DNA of 63,584 bases, filler included, from Welwitschia mirabilis (Eukaryota), in the NCBI GenBank assembly GCA_051453625.1. It is 5 parts of one record of this genome, joined end to end, with 100 filler letters (N's around TTAATTAATTAA, not from the genome) between each part and the next. Parts side by side here need not be neighbours in the genome. Positions count along the whole stretch, not along the records: positions 15,935 to 32,773 come from JBOZIK010000001.1; positions 32,874 to 47,605 come from JBOZIK010000001.1; 3 more parts are not named here. The stretch is one strand, 5' to 3'. This document shows positions 24,536 through 37,234 of this stretch, in pieces; position 1 is the stretch's first letter; the number at the start of each line of letters is the position of its first letter. The translations under genes were made by a program, and so were the position numbers. Below the pieces are notes generated by a model, which did no database searches, was not told the origin of the DNA, and saw only the letters and a program-made list of their open reading frames with translations.

Positions 24536-25773
24536 AATTAAAGTTAACCAATCAACCATTATTTTATGAATAATTATATACGATAGTCTTTTGGAATTGG
24601 AGGATGAATAATGCTGATGTCATCATTCGACAGTGACTTCAAAGAAAATGTTGGGCATTTTAAAGCATCATGAATCTTCTTGTTATATAGCAGCAATGAT
24701 TTGCATGAAGTGTAATCAATTTGTATAAAGGAGTGACTAAAATGGCATATTGCCATCAGAAGTTGTCTATTCCATTGACGATCTATGATGTTCCCTATTT
24801 GCTTATCCTTGGCCCTATCATAATCATCACATAAAGCAATGGCTTCTCTAGCTATGTCCATTGCTTTATAAAGTTTTGCCATGGGGCAATTGTCTTCCCC
24901 ATGAAACTAGACGAAGAGCATACATAAGGGGTCCATGAATCTCAAATGCAAAAGCGAGTTGGTGGTGGTGGGGACCATCAATTAGTCAATGATAATTAAA
25001 GTCATCAAAGTGATTTAATTGAAATATTGAATTATAAAATAGTTACCTTAACAGCCTCAACAACTCTAGGCCAAAAGGTGCTACTATGTATAAGGCTATC
25101 TACTTTCCTACCTAAGGTATTTAAAAAAGCAGAAAAGATGTCAACATATCCTAGTTTTATTTAATGAGACTATTGAATAATTACTAATCAACTATCCAAG
25201 TTTATGACATAGTGCCATACCTTTAGGGGAGAGGTTCAATTTCTTAAAATTAGCACCACTTTGCCACTCACTTAAGGCAAAAGCTTGCATAAGTTCTAAC
25301 TGCAGCCTTTTTAGGCCTTTCAGTGTGATAAAGGAGTGGCAAAGCTTGTGGTCGTAGGCCTCACAGTGTCTTTGTTGGTGCCTTTTTTAATAGCGTGAGC
25401 AAAATTAGGCATCCATAGAGGGATTTTGCAATCTTCTTTTTCCTTCTATAGTCTACAACACATAGTACTGTTGTATCAAATTAACAAAAAGAAAAACTCT
25501 AAAAGACAAAGATTGTGAATATTACAAATGCGATAAGTCGTCTAGTAGCAAACCAATGCAATGAGTTACACAAAGAGTGCGATAAATTGTCTTATACTTT
25601 TTTGATAGCTTCTCTCTTTGTTTAACATAATTTGTTGCATTGTCTATAATGAATTGAAAAACGTTGTTGGATCCCACAAATTGAACCACTTCCTCAAATA
25701 ATTCAAGTAAATATTTATGCTTATTTACTCTCTTAAAGGCTTCAATTGTTTTTACAAACAATGTTCCTTTGTA

Positions 25774-26335
25774 CAATGAGTAAAATGTCGGCAAACTAAA
25801 ATGTTGGCAGCCTCAAAAAGGCATGTTGGGGAGACATGTCACCATTGTGTTGGCAATATGTTGGAGCAAAATGTTGGCAATTGTTTTTTGAAGAAAATGG
25901 AAAGTTTATTAATTTTAAAAGACGTGCAATCAATCAATGCTAAAAAATGTTAAGAGTTAAGTATTTTAGAAAGCATTTGATGTAGATGACATTACCATAT
26001 TGTTTTGCACATCACATATATTCGCATTAAACAAGATAGTGCCAATAGCCCAGCAATATAAAGAGTACGTTAGCAAGCATCAAGGGTTTCATTGCTTTAA
26101 GCTTAAGAGCAACCATAAAAAATGGATGTGATTTTTCTACCCTCCCATGCGCAAAAGTCGTGACTTCGCCTTCCTTTTCTGCGACATTTTGCAAAAAGTC
26201 AGTGGCAGCGTTGCCGACCTTTTCATTGGCGATATGTTGCGGCAATTTTCAAAATGTCTGCCAAAAATGCTGGCTGACTTGGAGACTTTTCCAAAATGAA
26301 AAAAAGGGTGACATGTCTTCCCATTTTACTTACTG
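25774..26335. mobile_element. Non-autonomous hAT MITE, 562 bp
   Basis: Exact 8-bp TSD CCTTTGTA at 25766-25773 and 26336-26343. TIRs CAATGAGTAAAATG / CATTTTACTTACTG (12/14). Repeated TGTYGGCA-like subterminal motifs. Removing it restores VSSYKGTLFV in transposase 2. Confidence 0.93.
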
Positions 26336-29300
26336 CCTTTGTATGAGGAAACCCAAAAATTAATAATAGTGTTTTTAACTGCTTTGTGGGGCCCATCCAT
26401 TAGCCATGATGGTACATCTATACTTGTCCCATATAACTTGTCAACATTCATTCAAAAAAAAAGAATAAGAAAAATAAACTTCAGAAACATCAAATTTCAA
26501 ATAGAGATTAATTCATGTCTACTCTCTGCTTTGCAACAACCTTGTCAATGTCCTTGACACAAGAATTCAACAATGAACTTTATGGCTAATGAATAGTAGT
26601 TATCTGCTATGTCAACAATATCATACATCTTCTGAAGCAAAGGAGAGTTGGTAGCATTGAAAGCTATGGCATTGGCGTAAAACTAGGTGGCAGTCATCTC
26701 TCTCGCATCTTCATGTACGTCTTTCGTCCATGCACCCATTCCTTCAATTGAAGGTTGAGAACTTGGAAAATGAAGGGAAAACATCATCTCTAGAAAAAAA
26801 ATTGAAATTTTGGTTGCCCCCTTTCCCACATGTACCTGGTGAAGTTGTTGCAATGCCTAGAGGTAAGGTGGAAGAACCCAACACAGGTCCTAAACCTGAT
26901 CCCTCAACGTCAAAGTAGGATTACAATTGTATTCTTGCTTCTGCTACAAATTGTTGAAATGCTTGTTCTGTTCATGCTTTTTTGAAGTTATTTCTATCTC
27001 ATGTTCTCTCAAGCATGCTTGACCTTTGCATTGTACTTCAATTGGAACTCTTGGGCAAGCATTCATGCCCCTTTTTTTGACATCAGCCAAATGGAATTTC
27101 CAATGAGATACCTCTCCATGAGTATCTCTATTGCAGAACGAGTAAGTGGCTTATCTCTATCACAAAATGAGCAAATGGCTTTCTTTTAAATAGAGCTTGG
27201 TTGTGCCCAAACCAAACTAAAATCTTTTTTCTGATTTTGCTCTTCATTGGCCATTTTCAAAATTCAAATTTCATTGTGTCATTGTTATAGACGAAAGAAG
27301 GTAACAGTCCATGAGGGTGTGAATTTTTGAACAGTGAAAAGTTCAAGATGCATAAATAGGTGGCATACTTAAAACAATTTTTCATTAGCAGCATGCTTCT
27401 CTTTCACAAATTTACAAGAAAAAATAGTTTTTAATTGTATTATTTATTCTTTCTATAAAAAAATGGATTTATAGAATTTTTTGGCAGATTTATAGTAAAA
27501 AATTCAACATTTATGCGCCTTGAATAATATTTTGCACATACACCCTCCTTGACACATCAATCATTGAGAGGAGAAACTAAAAACAGAAAGTAAATATGGA
27601 AGAAGATAGAAAGAAACAAGAGGCACTTGGGTTGTTTGGATTCCTGATTTGATAAAAAAATCATGGTTTTTGGGTGTTGGCAAACGTCCGTTCTCCTTCA
27701 CGCAAACTTAACAACTTTCAGAATGTGCTAGAATTTTTTTTCCTTGTTTTTTGGGTTTTTAATGTGAAACCTGGAGTGGCGGTTGAGGAAGCACGAAATT
27801 GTGGGAATCGCGACTCTAAGGATTCTGATTAAAATCGCGGCTTCACATGATGGCATTGTGATTCCATTCTGATTGTAATTGTTTGTCATGAATTATGATT
27901 TTGGAATGCTTTTCATTTGTATGGTCTCAAGTAAATGCTAAGAGCTTGGTCAGGTGCACTGATAAATACCTTAATGCCAATTGTTATGAGAATTTGGGAA
28001 TCTAGACGACTACCTACTTCAAGATTACTGACAATGATTTCAATCTGGTTTGTCTTTATGTTGATGATATTATCAGCTTTAGGACCTCCCAAGTTTTCCT
28101 TGATAAGTTAAAAGAAGATACACAAATTGAGTTTGAAATGTTGCACATAGGATATTCAACTTATTTGTTGGGTGTTTGTGTGATAAATTGGGTGTCCATG
28201 TGATACAACCACAAGGTTGTATCACTATTCTCAACCTTTGTCTCTTGGCCAAATTCTAGGGAAATTTGGAATGTCAAATCATAATCCTATTGATACCCCT
28301 CTTCCTCTTGGAACCAAACTTTACAAAAAATGATGAGCATAGATCAAACTTTATATCATTTGATTGCTGGTACTTGTCTCGACCTACAATTCAAAGTAAA
28401 CGACCTTTCTTATTTGATTCAAGATCAGCACCAATCTCACTTGAAAGCAGCAGTACATGAAAGTTACTTAATACTTTGGTCTAATTTACTATGCAACTGA
28501 AGTATGTGTTCATGAAGGACACAAAGCTGTAGAAGCTAGTGATCTTGAGGACCAAAATCAACTTCTGGTTATTGCTTCTACTTTGATTCCTGCTTAATTT
28601 CTTAGAACTGAAGAAGTCAAATTCAGTTTCTTTGCCTGTAGCTGAAGCAGATATATTGCAGCTTCAAATGCAATCTTGGAGTGTGCCTTCCCTGAGGAGT
28701 AGTTCTTTAGTGAATTTGGAATCAATACTTCAACTCTTATACCCATCCATTATGATAGTGTGAGTGCAATAGCAATGTCAAAGAGCTCTGTTGATCATGG
28801 AGGATCTAAACATTTAAATATTAAACATCATAATCTTTGTGACCAGGTTAAGTAGAGTTTTGGCGAACTTGTCTACATTAACACAAATTGCAGTTATCCT
28901 TACTCAGGTCGTTGGTGAAGACAAGTTCAAAACTTTTCACCAGGAGCTTGGCATTTAGGGACTTTTTCATCTGGAGGGGAAGGGGAATGGAGGGATGACC
29001 TATTTTCTGCATTTCACTAGATACAAGCCTCTCCATGGTTGTATTGGCTGCAAAAGTCATAATGCAGTACCTGTATGTTTTGTTACGTAGCTGGGATATT
29101 TCTATACTCTCCATTCTTATTTTACTAGTATGTCCACGATATAAGAATGTAATCTACTGTATTGAGTAATGTAATCTATTCATATATTATCTTGAGTACC
29201 CTTTTAAAACAAGTTCACATTTGTCCAGAACACATTTCTAGGACCTAAATTCTTTAGTAAGAATAAGGATAATGACAATAGTGAGTAAATTTACATTGCT

Positions 29301-29495
29301 ATTCATTTTAGAGTTGTTTATCCATTATTTTGCATCTAAAAGAGCACAAGAAACTAAATTTGCGAAATTGCCTGCATGATGGGAATTCTGTTTCTCTCTT
29401 ATTTTTCCCGTATTGCATGTTATTTCTCTGTAAACTTTTGTATCCTCTGAATTTTTGCTAACATGTCACTGACATATTTTATCACATGATTGCAG

Positions 29496-29622
29496 TTATA
29501 TACATTTCTTTGTACAACACTTGCTACCTTTGCTTTGCTGCCATCATTTATTAAATTTTTTAAAGAATTTGGACACCACAGTGATTCCCCAGGCAATCTG
29601 GCGATGACATTTCTTGCCTTTA
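29496..29622 (+). CDS. PAT12: DHHC S-acyltransferase exon (transmembrane region)
   Basis: TGCAG|TTATATACA...TTTA|GTAATC. Encodes LYTFLCTTLATFALLPSFIKFFKEFGHHSDSPGNLAMTFLAF, continuing the plant PAT12/13/14 sequence directly after FLLFL. Confidence 0.9.
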
Positions 29623-29737
29623 GTAATCACTGAACTCTTCCTTAATTTCACCATTTTTGTTTAAAAAGGTAGTAGAGGGAAAGACTATATTTGCTGTTTA
29701 TCTATATAGTATGGTGATATAATTATTGTTGTGACAG

Positions 29738-29823
29738 TTCTCAATGTTGCCTTTTCATTGAGTCTTCTTGGATTCCTTCTCATGCATTCATCATTGGTGC
29801 TAAGCAATACTACTACAATTGAG
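29738..29823 (+). CDS. PAT12: DHHC S-acyltransferase exon with TTxE motif
   Basis: ACAG|TTCTC...ATTGAG|GTGAGA. Encodes (I)LNVAFSLSLLGFLLMHSSLVLSNTTTIE; phases consistent. Confidence 0.92.
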
Positions 29824-29895
29824 GTGAGAATGATTGTGCTCCAGTTGATTTATTTTTCTTTGACATAAAATCTAAAGTCTTATTATTGGTTCCAG

Positions 29896-29964
29896 ATGCA
29901 TGAGAAAAAGAGAACAAGAAGCAGATGGAAATATGACTTGGGCCGAAGGAAGAATTTTGAGCAG
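29896..29964 (+). CDS. PAT12: DHHC S-acyltransferase exon with start of the PaCCT motif
   Basis: TCCAG|ATGCAT...GAGCAG|GTGAGT. Encodes MHEKKRTRSRWKYDLGRRKNFEQ. Confidence 0.93.
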
Positions 29965-30121
29965 GTGAGTTTCTCAATCAAAATCACAACCTTTAGTTAG
30001 TGGGTTGCAATCAGAGGTGCAATTTATTTTGCATTTCCATAGATTTATGCTTTATGAAGTAATCTATTATATTTGTTTTATGTTGCTTGTTTTGAGTTGA
30101 GTTGCTTTTTTAATGTGAAAG

Positions 30122-30238
30122 GTCTTTGGCAAACGGAAACTCTATTGGCTGATTCCTTTGTATTCTGAAGAGGACGTGACATGTCTGCCTGTACTTCATG
30201 GCTTTGATTTTCCAGTAAGACCTGACATTGAAGGATAA
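30122..30238 (+). CDS. PAT12: DHHC S-acyltransferase terminal coding exon
   Basis: AAG|GTCTTT...GGATAA. Encodes VFGKRKLYWLIPLYSEEDVTCLPVLHGFDFPVRPDIEG*, a typical PAT12-14 C-terminus. ARNYK, LLPSFI, H-S-x-SPG and HEK features point to the PAT12 clade. Confidence 0.9.
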   Translation, partial: VFGKRKLYWLIPLYSEEDVTCLPVLHGFDFPVRPDIEG

Positions 30239-31532
30239 TATTTATGGTATTATCTTGGCAGTTCGAGTGACAGTTCCTTTCAAGGGAATGGACAAATTCA
30301 TCAACTATCTTTCACTTCCATTCTATTTCTTAATGGTGGAAACCTTGATTAGAGAGTCCATATTTTCACCTTTTAGAACCTGAAAGCTGCAAAGTTGCAG
30401 GAAGAACTGTGTGCTAGGNNNNNNNNNNNNNNNNNNNNNNNNNNNNNNNNNNNNNNNNNNNNNNNNNNNNNNNNNNNNNNNNNNNNNNNNNNNNNNNNNN
30501 NNNNNNNNNNNNNNNNNNNNNNNNNNNNNNNNNNNNNNNNNNNNNNNNNNNNNNNNNNNNNNNNNNNNNNNNNNNNNNNNNNNNNNNNNNNNNNNNNNNN
30601 NNNNNNNNNNNNNNNNNNNNNNNNNNNNNNNNNNNNNNNNNNNNNNNNNNNNNNNNNNNNNNNNNNNNNNNNNNNNNNNNNNNNNNNNNNNNNNNNNNNN
30701 NNNNNNNNNNNNNNNNNNNNNNNNNNNNNNNNNNNNNNNNNNNNNNNNNNNNNNNNNNNNNNNNNNNNNNNNNNNNNNNNNNNNNNNNNNNNNNNNNNNN
30801 NNNNNNNNNNNNNNNNNNNNNNNNNNNNNNNNNNNNNNNNNNNNNNNNNNNNNNNNNNNNNNNNNNNNNNNNNNNNNNNNNNNNNNNNNNNNNNNNNNNN
30901 NNNNNNNNNNNNNNNNNNNNNNNNNNNNNNNNNNNNNNNNNNNNNNNNNNNNNNNNNNNNNNNNNNNNNNNNNNNNNNNNNNNNNNNNNNNNNNNNNNNN
31001 NNNNNNNNNNNNNNNNNNNNNNNNNNNNNNNNNNNNNNNNNNNNNNNNNNNNNNNNNNNNNNNNNNNNNNNNNNNNNNNNNNNNNNNNNNNNNNNNNNNN
31101 NNNNNNNNNNNNNNNNNNNNNNNNNNNNNNNNNNNNNNNNNNNNNNNNNNNNNNNNNNNNNNNNNNNNNNNNNNNNNNNNNNNNNNNNNNNNNNNNNNNN
31201 NNNNNNNNNNNNNNNNNNNNNNNNNNNNNNNNNNNNNNNNNNNNNNNNNNNNNNNNNNNNNNNNNNNNNNNNNNNNNNNNNNNNNNNNNNNNNNGAGTAT
31301 TGGCTGTATTACTAAAATAGAAAAGGTTTGAAATTTCTGTAATAATTTTGTGTTAATTGATGGTTCTCATGCCTTTGTATTATATGTCAGCTTTTCAAAC
31401 TTAGGTTGGGGTGTTGACTAATAACTTGTAATGCCTATTTTTCGAGTTATATTAATTGTAATGAAAATAACAACATAACATGTATTATATAAATAAAGTT
31501 AGGCCTTTACATGAAAACTCAATAGTGAAACC

Positions 31533-34500
31533 TGGGAAAGAGAAAAACTATCTAGAGAAGGCGGTTGAAGAGGGTGTATAATTTAAAACTATTATACCTC
31601 ACCAAACAAGAAAAAGAATTTGCAGAAACAGAAAATAAATGCAGAAGCACATGCAAACCAATTATACTAGTTCGGCAAAAGCATGCTCCACTCTCAAGGG
31701 GTAGCAATAAAGTTTAGCCTAGTTCCTTTCAGAGAATGCTCCCTTTGAAAGGTATCTGCAACCTTTTCACCCAAGGTCTCTTTTAACCTACAAGCTATCA
31801 TCCCTCATAATCCAGTGAGTATGCCAAGATCAAAGTTCTTGAATCTGTTAGAGTATGTGACTTGGATGCACAGAATATCAGCTTTGAGTACAAGGAATAG
31901 AGAAAGATACAGTAGGTAGGTTCAGAAAAATATCAGAGTTTTTAAGCTTTAAGAATCAACAGCCTCAAAGGAATTGAATACAGAGGTTTTATGCATGTCC
32001 TTTCAAAGTGACTGTTTGAGAACTTGAGAGAATCAATAAATCTTCAGGTAATAGTACTCTTAATTGATGGCTAGCTGATTGCTAATGAATTTCCTTTCTT
32101 TAAACTTGATTTGGGCTTGATCTGATGCAAAATTGTGAGAGATCTGTTTCAAACGTTCAGTATTTAGAAGCACTCAGTTTACAAGCTGGACGTCCCAATC
32201 GAAAGTCTGGATGTCTGAGCCTGAATTCTGTGAACTTGTATGACTGTTGAATCCACGTGTCCCACGAAGGAGATCCAAACATCCTGGCCTGCAATCTAGG
32301 AATTTATATGGCTGAGAATTTGGGACATCCTACCAAGAGGCCTTGGACATCCTGAGGGTGATCGGACATAGGAACACACATTTTGATGCAGCAATCGAAC
32401 CTTGTTATACATGATCATCATTGAAACATGCAATGTTCCCAACAATCTCACCCTTTTCAATGATGACAACCTTTTGCTTTGTTCACAAAAGAGACTGGAG
32501 GTTATATTGCTTTGCTTCCTCTGAAATTATGCTCTTTCAAGCTTCAAATGTTTTCAAATTGTTTGACCACAAGCATTGGTTGTATACTAAACCTAATTGT
32601 GCATGATACACCAACTCGCAATCTTGTCAGAGAAATGTGTGCACACTACTAAGAAACAATGAATTAGCTCCAACATAAAATCTGTAGTTAGCCATGTTAG
32701 GATCACGAATAACCTAGAGGGTGGTTCGGCTCTCCAAGCCTACTCCACTCACAAGAGGCAGCAAAAGCTCTTCNNNNNNNNNNNNNNNNNNNNNNNNNNN
32801 NNNNNNNNNNNNNNNNNTTAATTAATTAANNNNNNNNNNNNNNNNNNNNNNNNNNNNNNNNNNNNNNNNNNNNTTCAGATTTGAGCTATTACTTTGACCT
32901 GCGAATAATTTTGTTGACTTCATCATTGAAACATATTTGTTCTCAACAAACCATGCAGTTCTTTTCCAAAAAGAAGGGGGGAACACTATACTCTATTTAT
33001 TATCTATTCTTCCCCTTTGTCATCATTGGAATGTAATGAAAAACTAAAATAACAATAAATGTAAAATAAACAATGAAACATCATGCATTTGCCTTAAGAT
33101 AGTCATATTACATCCAATTTTGTCCATTAAAGAGAATATGTTGTGTCACTGATATGAACCAATTCAGGAGGACAAAAAGAAAGGGATAACAAGGATTAGT
33201 GGGATAGAACAAAAGACAAAACAGGCAGGAGAACAGAAAGAAAAGCAATAATGAGAAGAGAACTATGGAGCCATTGGACCTTTTGCTTCTGAATCATCTG
33301 CTAAAGAACTGGCTATATCAAATCCATAAGCCTCAAGTGTATACTTAATTTTGATTCTCTTGAGTCAGTCCTGGTGAGGTAATTCAATATTTTGATATAA
33401 GTACTTTCTGATGTAGACGCCTCTTCACTTTGCTTCCTTCTTCACAACTGGAATGAAATCATCATTAAAAATGCACATTGTTTTGAGTGAAGAGATGTCC
33501 CCGGTCTTGGTACTTCGACCAAATTATCAACCTTGTCTGGCAATATTCCATGGTCTCCCAAGAGAGAAGTGATGAGACCACCAAAAGGAAAACTGCTAAT
33601 ACCAAAAATGAAGAGCCTTGTATTGCATCATGTGTTTACAGACATTAATCTTCTTTCCTGTATGAAGACAATAGAGAAAGTGCACAGCTAATGGATGAAG
33701 ATCATTTTTGTGACCCCACTTTGGCATAAGATTGTGAGGGCACACTTGGAAAAGAACATGACATAATGGGTTTAGCTGATTAGCAGAAGGTTTAGTTTCC
33801 ATTCAGTAATCTTTCCACATGATTCCATTGTTGACTCTTTCTTTCTGATAACTCCTTCTAGGGTTTCAACAAAAGTAATTGTATGAAACTCTCCATCTCT
33901 TGAAAACTAGTATACTCATGAATCAAATTAATGTTACAACATCTTTGCCAAAGACTCTATAGGAAATGGAATTCTCATACATAGTGAACTTTCGTGCTTG
34001 CTTTCGTCATTAGTGAACTTTCGTGCTTGCTTTCGTCTCTTGCTGTAGTGCATAAGGTCACCCTAAAGCTCCAAACTTTGGATAAATCTGCATTTTATAT
34101 GCAAAGTACTCGTATTCTATAATACTGTTAGGAACAATTTGTCTACTAGAGAACTGGGACTTCCAATATTTCAAAGCATCTTTATCAATGAACTAATTCG
34201 CTTCAAAAACTCAGCCTCTGTTCTCATGGCTTCTCTTTTTGCTGCATTCTTCTTTCTCACCATGGCCTAGGATGGCGGAGAAAATCTCCAAAGAGGTTTC
34301 GAGGGAACAAGAGATAAAGTGAAATAGGGTTAGGGAGCCAAGAAAGGTGTTAAATAGCCAGAGGTGTACACTAGAGTGGCCTTTCCATCTAAGACATTTT
34401 GCCCAATATATCATGTCCGGATGTCTTGATGGTTTCTGACCATGTATGTTGTCACAAAATGTGGGGATGTCTAGTCCGATCCTTTGGGACATCTAACACT

Positions 34501-35520
34501 GAACTTGAAAGCAAAAAGGAAAAATAAAAAAGAAACCAAACAAAAATATGATAGACATTAGGATGATTGGGTACAAAGGTTGGGAGACCAGACTTGGTTT
34601 AGATCAATGAAGAATAACATATTTTGAATGATACCAAATTTTGGTGCAATATGCAGATTAAGTTAGAAATCATACTCGAGAGGGACACACACCTTCTCCT
34701 AGATTTTTCTGTAAGAACAAGAAACAATCTTCATTTAATGCCTTAAGTCATTATATTTACAAGTTGATTGTTAGTGGAAATGTAACTCAAGTCAATTATA
34801 TGACCTTGAACTTATTCTCTAATGAAGTGGTGTTTGATGTCAATGTGCTTTGTTTTGAAATGTTGCACTATGTTTCTAACAACGTTCATAGCACTTGTGT
34901 TGTCACAAATCATCTTCATTGTCCCAACATTGATACCAAAATCAATCAACATTCGCTTAATCCCCATGAGTTGTGCACAACAGGCACCGGCTGTTATGTA
35001 ATCCACTTCAATTGTAGATAAGGATGTAATTGTTTGCTTATGGCTCAACCAAGACACTAAGCAATTTCCCATGAAGTAACATGATCTACTCATGCTTTTG
35101 TGATCATCTATATATCCAACCCAATTTGCATCACTATACCCAACTAGATCTAGTATAGTACCATACGGTTACCGAAGTCCATAGTTTTGAGTATACTTTA
35201 AAGAGCAAAAAATGCGTTTAACACAAACTTAGTGAGACTCTTTGGGATCATATTGATACTTGCACATGTACTTACACTATGCAAAATGTCAGGCTTGCTA
35301 GCTATTAAATAGAGCAAGCTATCAATCATACCTTTATAGAGCTTGGAATCAATCTTATTGCCATTTCCATTCTTGCCTTGCTTGATGTTTGTTGACATGG
35401 GACTTCTAATCTCTTTAGCATCAAGCATGTTGTACTTTCTAAGTATGGCTAATAAGTATTTTGATTGACTAAGATATATACCATCTTGAAGTTGCTTGAC
35501 TTGTAATCTCAAAACTCACT
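31533..35520 (-). mobile_element. Sirevirus-like Ty1/copia, 3' half: RT/RNase H, env-like ORF, multiple PPTs, 3' LTR
   Basis: ORFs 35198-35512 (GIYLSQSKY..YKGMIDSLLYL..PDI) and 34812-35093 (LVSWLS..CDNTSA..KHIDIKHHFIRE). Extra ORF remnants at 33300-34260. PPT/LTR junction at 32444-32466; LTR ~31533-32444. Confidence 0.87.
32695..32948 (-). mobile_element. Sirevirus-like LTR insertion (solo LTR, or a whole element collapsed in the gap) inside the preceding element
   Basis: TGTTAGGATC...[gap]...CATCATTGAAACATATTTGTTCTCAACA. TSD AGCCA/AACCA (4/5). Confidence 0.7.
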
Positions 35521-35539
35521 TCATAACCTCATTCTACCT

Positions 35540-37174
35540 CATTTTCCTCTTTCTTCCTTTCTCCCATCATCATGCCAATTCCTCTTTGCAAAGAAGAAGA
35601 GCTTTTAAAGGGGGCTCTTTCTAACCCCTTACTTCATTTCCACACAAGACGTGGAAGTCTACTCTCCTCCCTCCTGTGGGTGTGGAAGAGGTCCCTTCCT
35701 CTTCTCCAGCACTTGCTCAACCCTTCCCTCTAACTCCCACTAGCTCTAAAAGCTACCTCTAGCCTTTGCATTAGTCCTCTAGTGTTCTTGACCCCTAGGT
35801 AGATAGGTAACCTTCCAAATATGACCTCTACCTTGTGGGCCTCACTTCATTTCTCCAAAAGCCTTTGGCATTCTCCATCATCCTCCACCCTCCTCCTTAG
35901 CTGAAGTTACCTTTCACCTTGCCTTTCTCCTTCGTTTATTTCTTACTTTGTTTTCTCCTTTCTTCTTTTCTCATACCTTCTCCTCACTAGATTCCATGCC
36001 TTGGGTGTTGGATTCCATATAGCCTTTAGAACCCTTGTCCTAGTGCATGGAACTTAGTTCGCTCTCCNNNNNNNNNNNNNNNNNNNNNNNNNNNNNNNNN
36101 NNNNNNNNNNNNNNNNNNNNNNNNNNNNNNNNNNNNNNNNNNNNNNNNNNNNNNNNNNNNNNNNNNNCATACCTTCTCCTCAATAGATTACATGCCTTGG
36201 GTGTTGGATTACATATAGCATTTAGAACCCTTGTCCTAGTTGATGGAACTTAGTTCGCTCTCCTTCTTCTTTAGTCTCGTGTTTCTTCAGAGACTCTTAC
36301 TAGCATCAGACAATTATCCCCTCTAGCTGATGCCCTTCTCCTCATCTTTTTGCTAGTAAGTCATGGTGGTTAAAACTCTCTCTTTTATCCCTTTTCCTAT
36401 AGAAGATTTAACCGTTACCCTTCCTTCTCACTTTTTTCCCTTCCCCATATCCCTTTCCTTCTTCTCACCTTTTTGCCTTTTGCCTTACCTCTCTCTCATC
36501 TCCTTTCCCACCACTTCCACACCTAGGGCATGGAAGAGGGTCCTCTACCCTAGACTTCCATGTTCAAGGCATGGAAATCCTTTCCCCTCCTCTCTTCTTT
36601 TGATAGCAAATGGCCTCTAGTGACTTTCACAGACACAATTCAAATGAAAATCATTCTTTTTCATTGGAGATACTAGCTCCAGAGTTTCAGAAGCCCTCTT
36701 CTCTAGTGATCCAGGCCAACTCCAAGGTTCCATCTCAGTAGGAACCTCTGTTCAGCTCAAGGAATGAGCTCTAGGGTTAGATTTCCCCCTTTCCTCCCTT
36801 TTGACCTTTTATCCTCTTCTTTCTCCAGTCTTCTCAACCTTTCCCATGCTCTCCATTCCCTCTTCTCTCCCTTCTTCCACCCAGTCCTAGCCACTTCAAT
36901 GCCTAGGGCATCGAATTCGAGCTGACTTTCATGCTTAGGGTGTGGAAGACCCCTACCACATCTTTCCTTAGCCTCATCTCTCATTCCTTAGTCCCAGCTT
37001 GACTCCTTTCATTCCTTAGTCCTAGAGTTTTCTAATTGCAATAAAGTTTTCTTTTTCCTTTCATACTCTAGCACTTATAATTCGTAGGCACCTCAGAGAT
37101 AGTTGTGAGGACCTTATGTAAGGCCATGTCCTTTCCCTGTGTGTGCGTGTGTGTGAGTGTGAGTGTGTGTGTGT

Positions 37175-37234
<60 letters not shown>

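Larger units (their letters stand above)
18436..27917 (-). mobile_element. hAT (DUF659-type) DNA transposon 2, decayed, hosting further insertions
   Basis: Transposase motifs WFYANAIAFNATNSP (~26680), IINFWVSSYKGTLFVKTIEA..FEEVVQFVGSNNVFQFIIDNATNY..CVTHCIGLLLDD (26370-25522) and MAKLYKAMDIAREAI..IIDRQWNRQL (24882-24760). A probable C-terminal tail lies at 18926-19290. TIRs not resolved; flanked by a 13-bp repeat. Confidence 0.75.
17913..29255 (+). mobile_element. Internally deleted Ty1/copia element (gag, RT, RNase H, PPT, 3' LTR) interrupted by the hAT nest
   Basis: gag motifs YEYWATK, LFVIQ..IIPKI..YKG..KVQLVKLQMLR at 17913-18280. RT ALYGLK is split at 18435/27918, then CLYVDDII, SVSLPVAEA, DSVSAIAMS..SKHLNIKHH. 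PPT GGAGGGGAAGGGGAA at ~28973-28987, then LTR. Confidence 0.8.

Noticed and set aside
35972..36263. ~95-bp direct repeat on both sides of the 36068-36167 gap
   Set aside because: Near-identical copies abut a 100-N gap; most likely unmerged overlapping contig ends.
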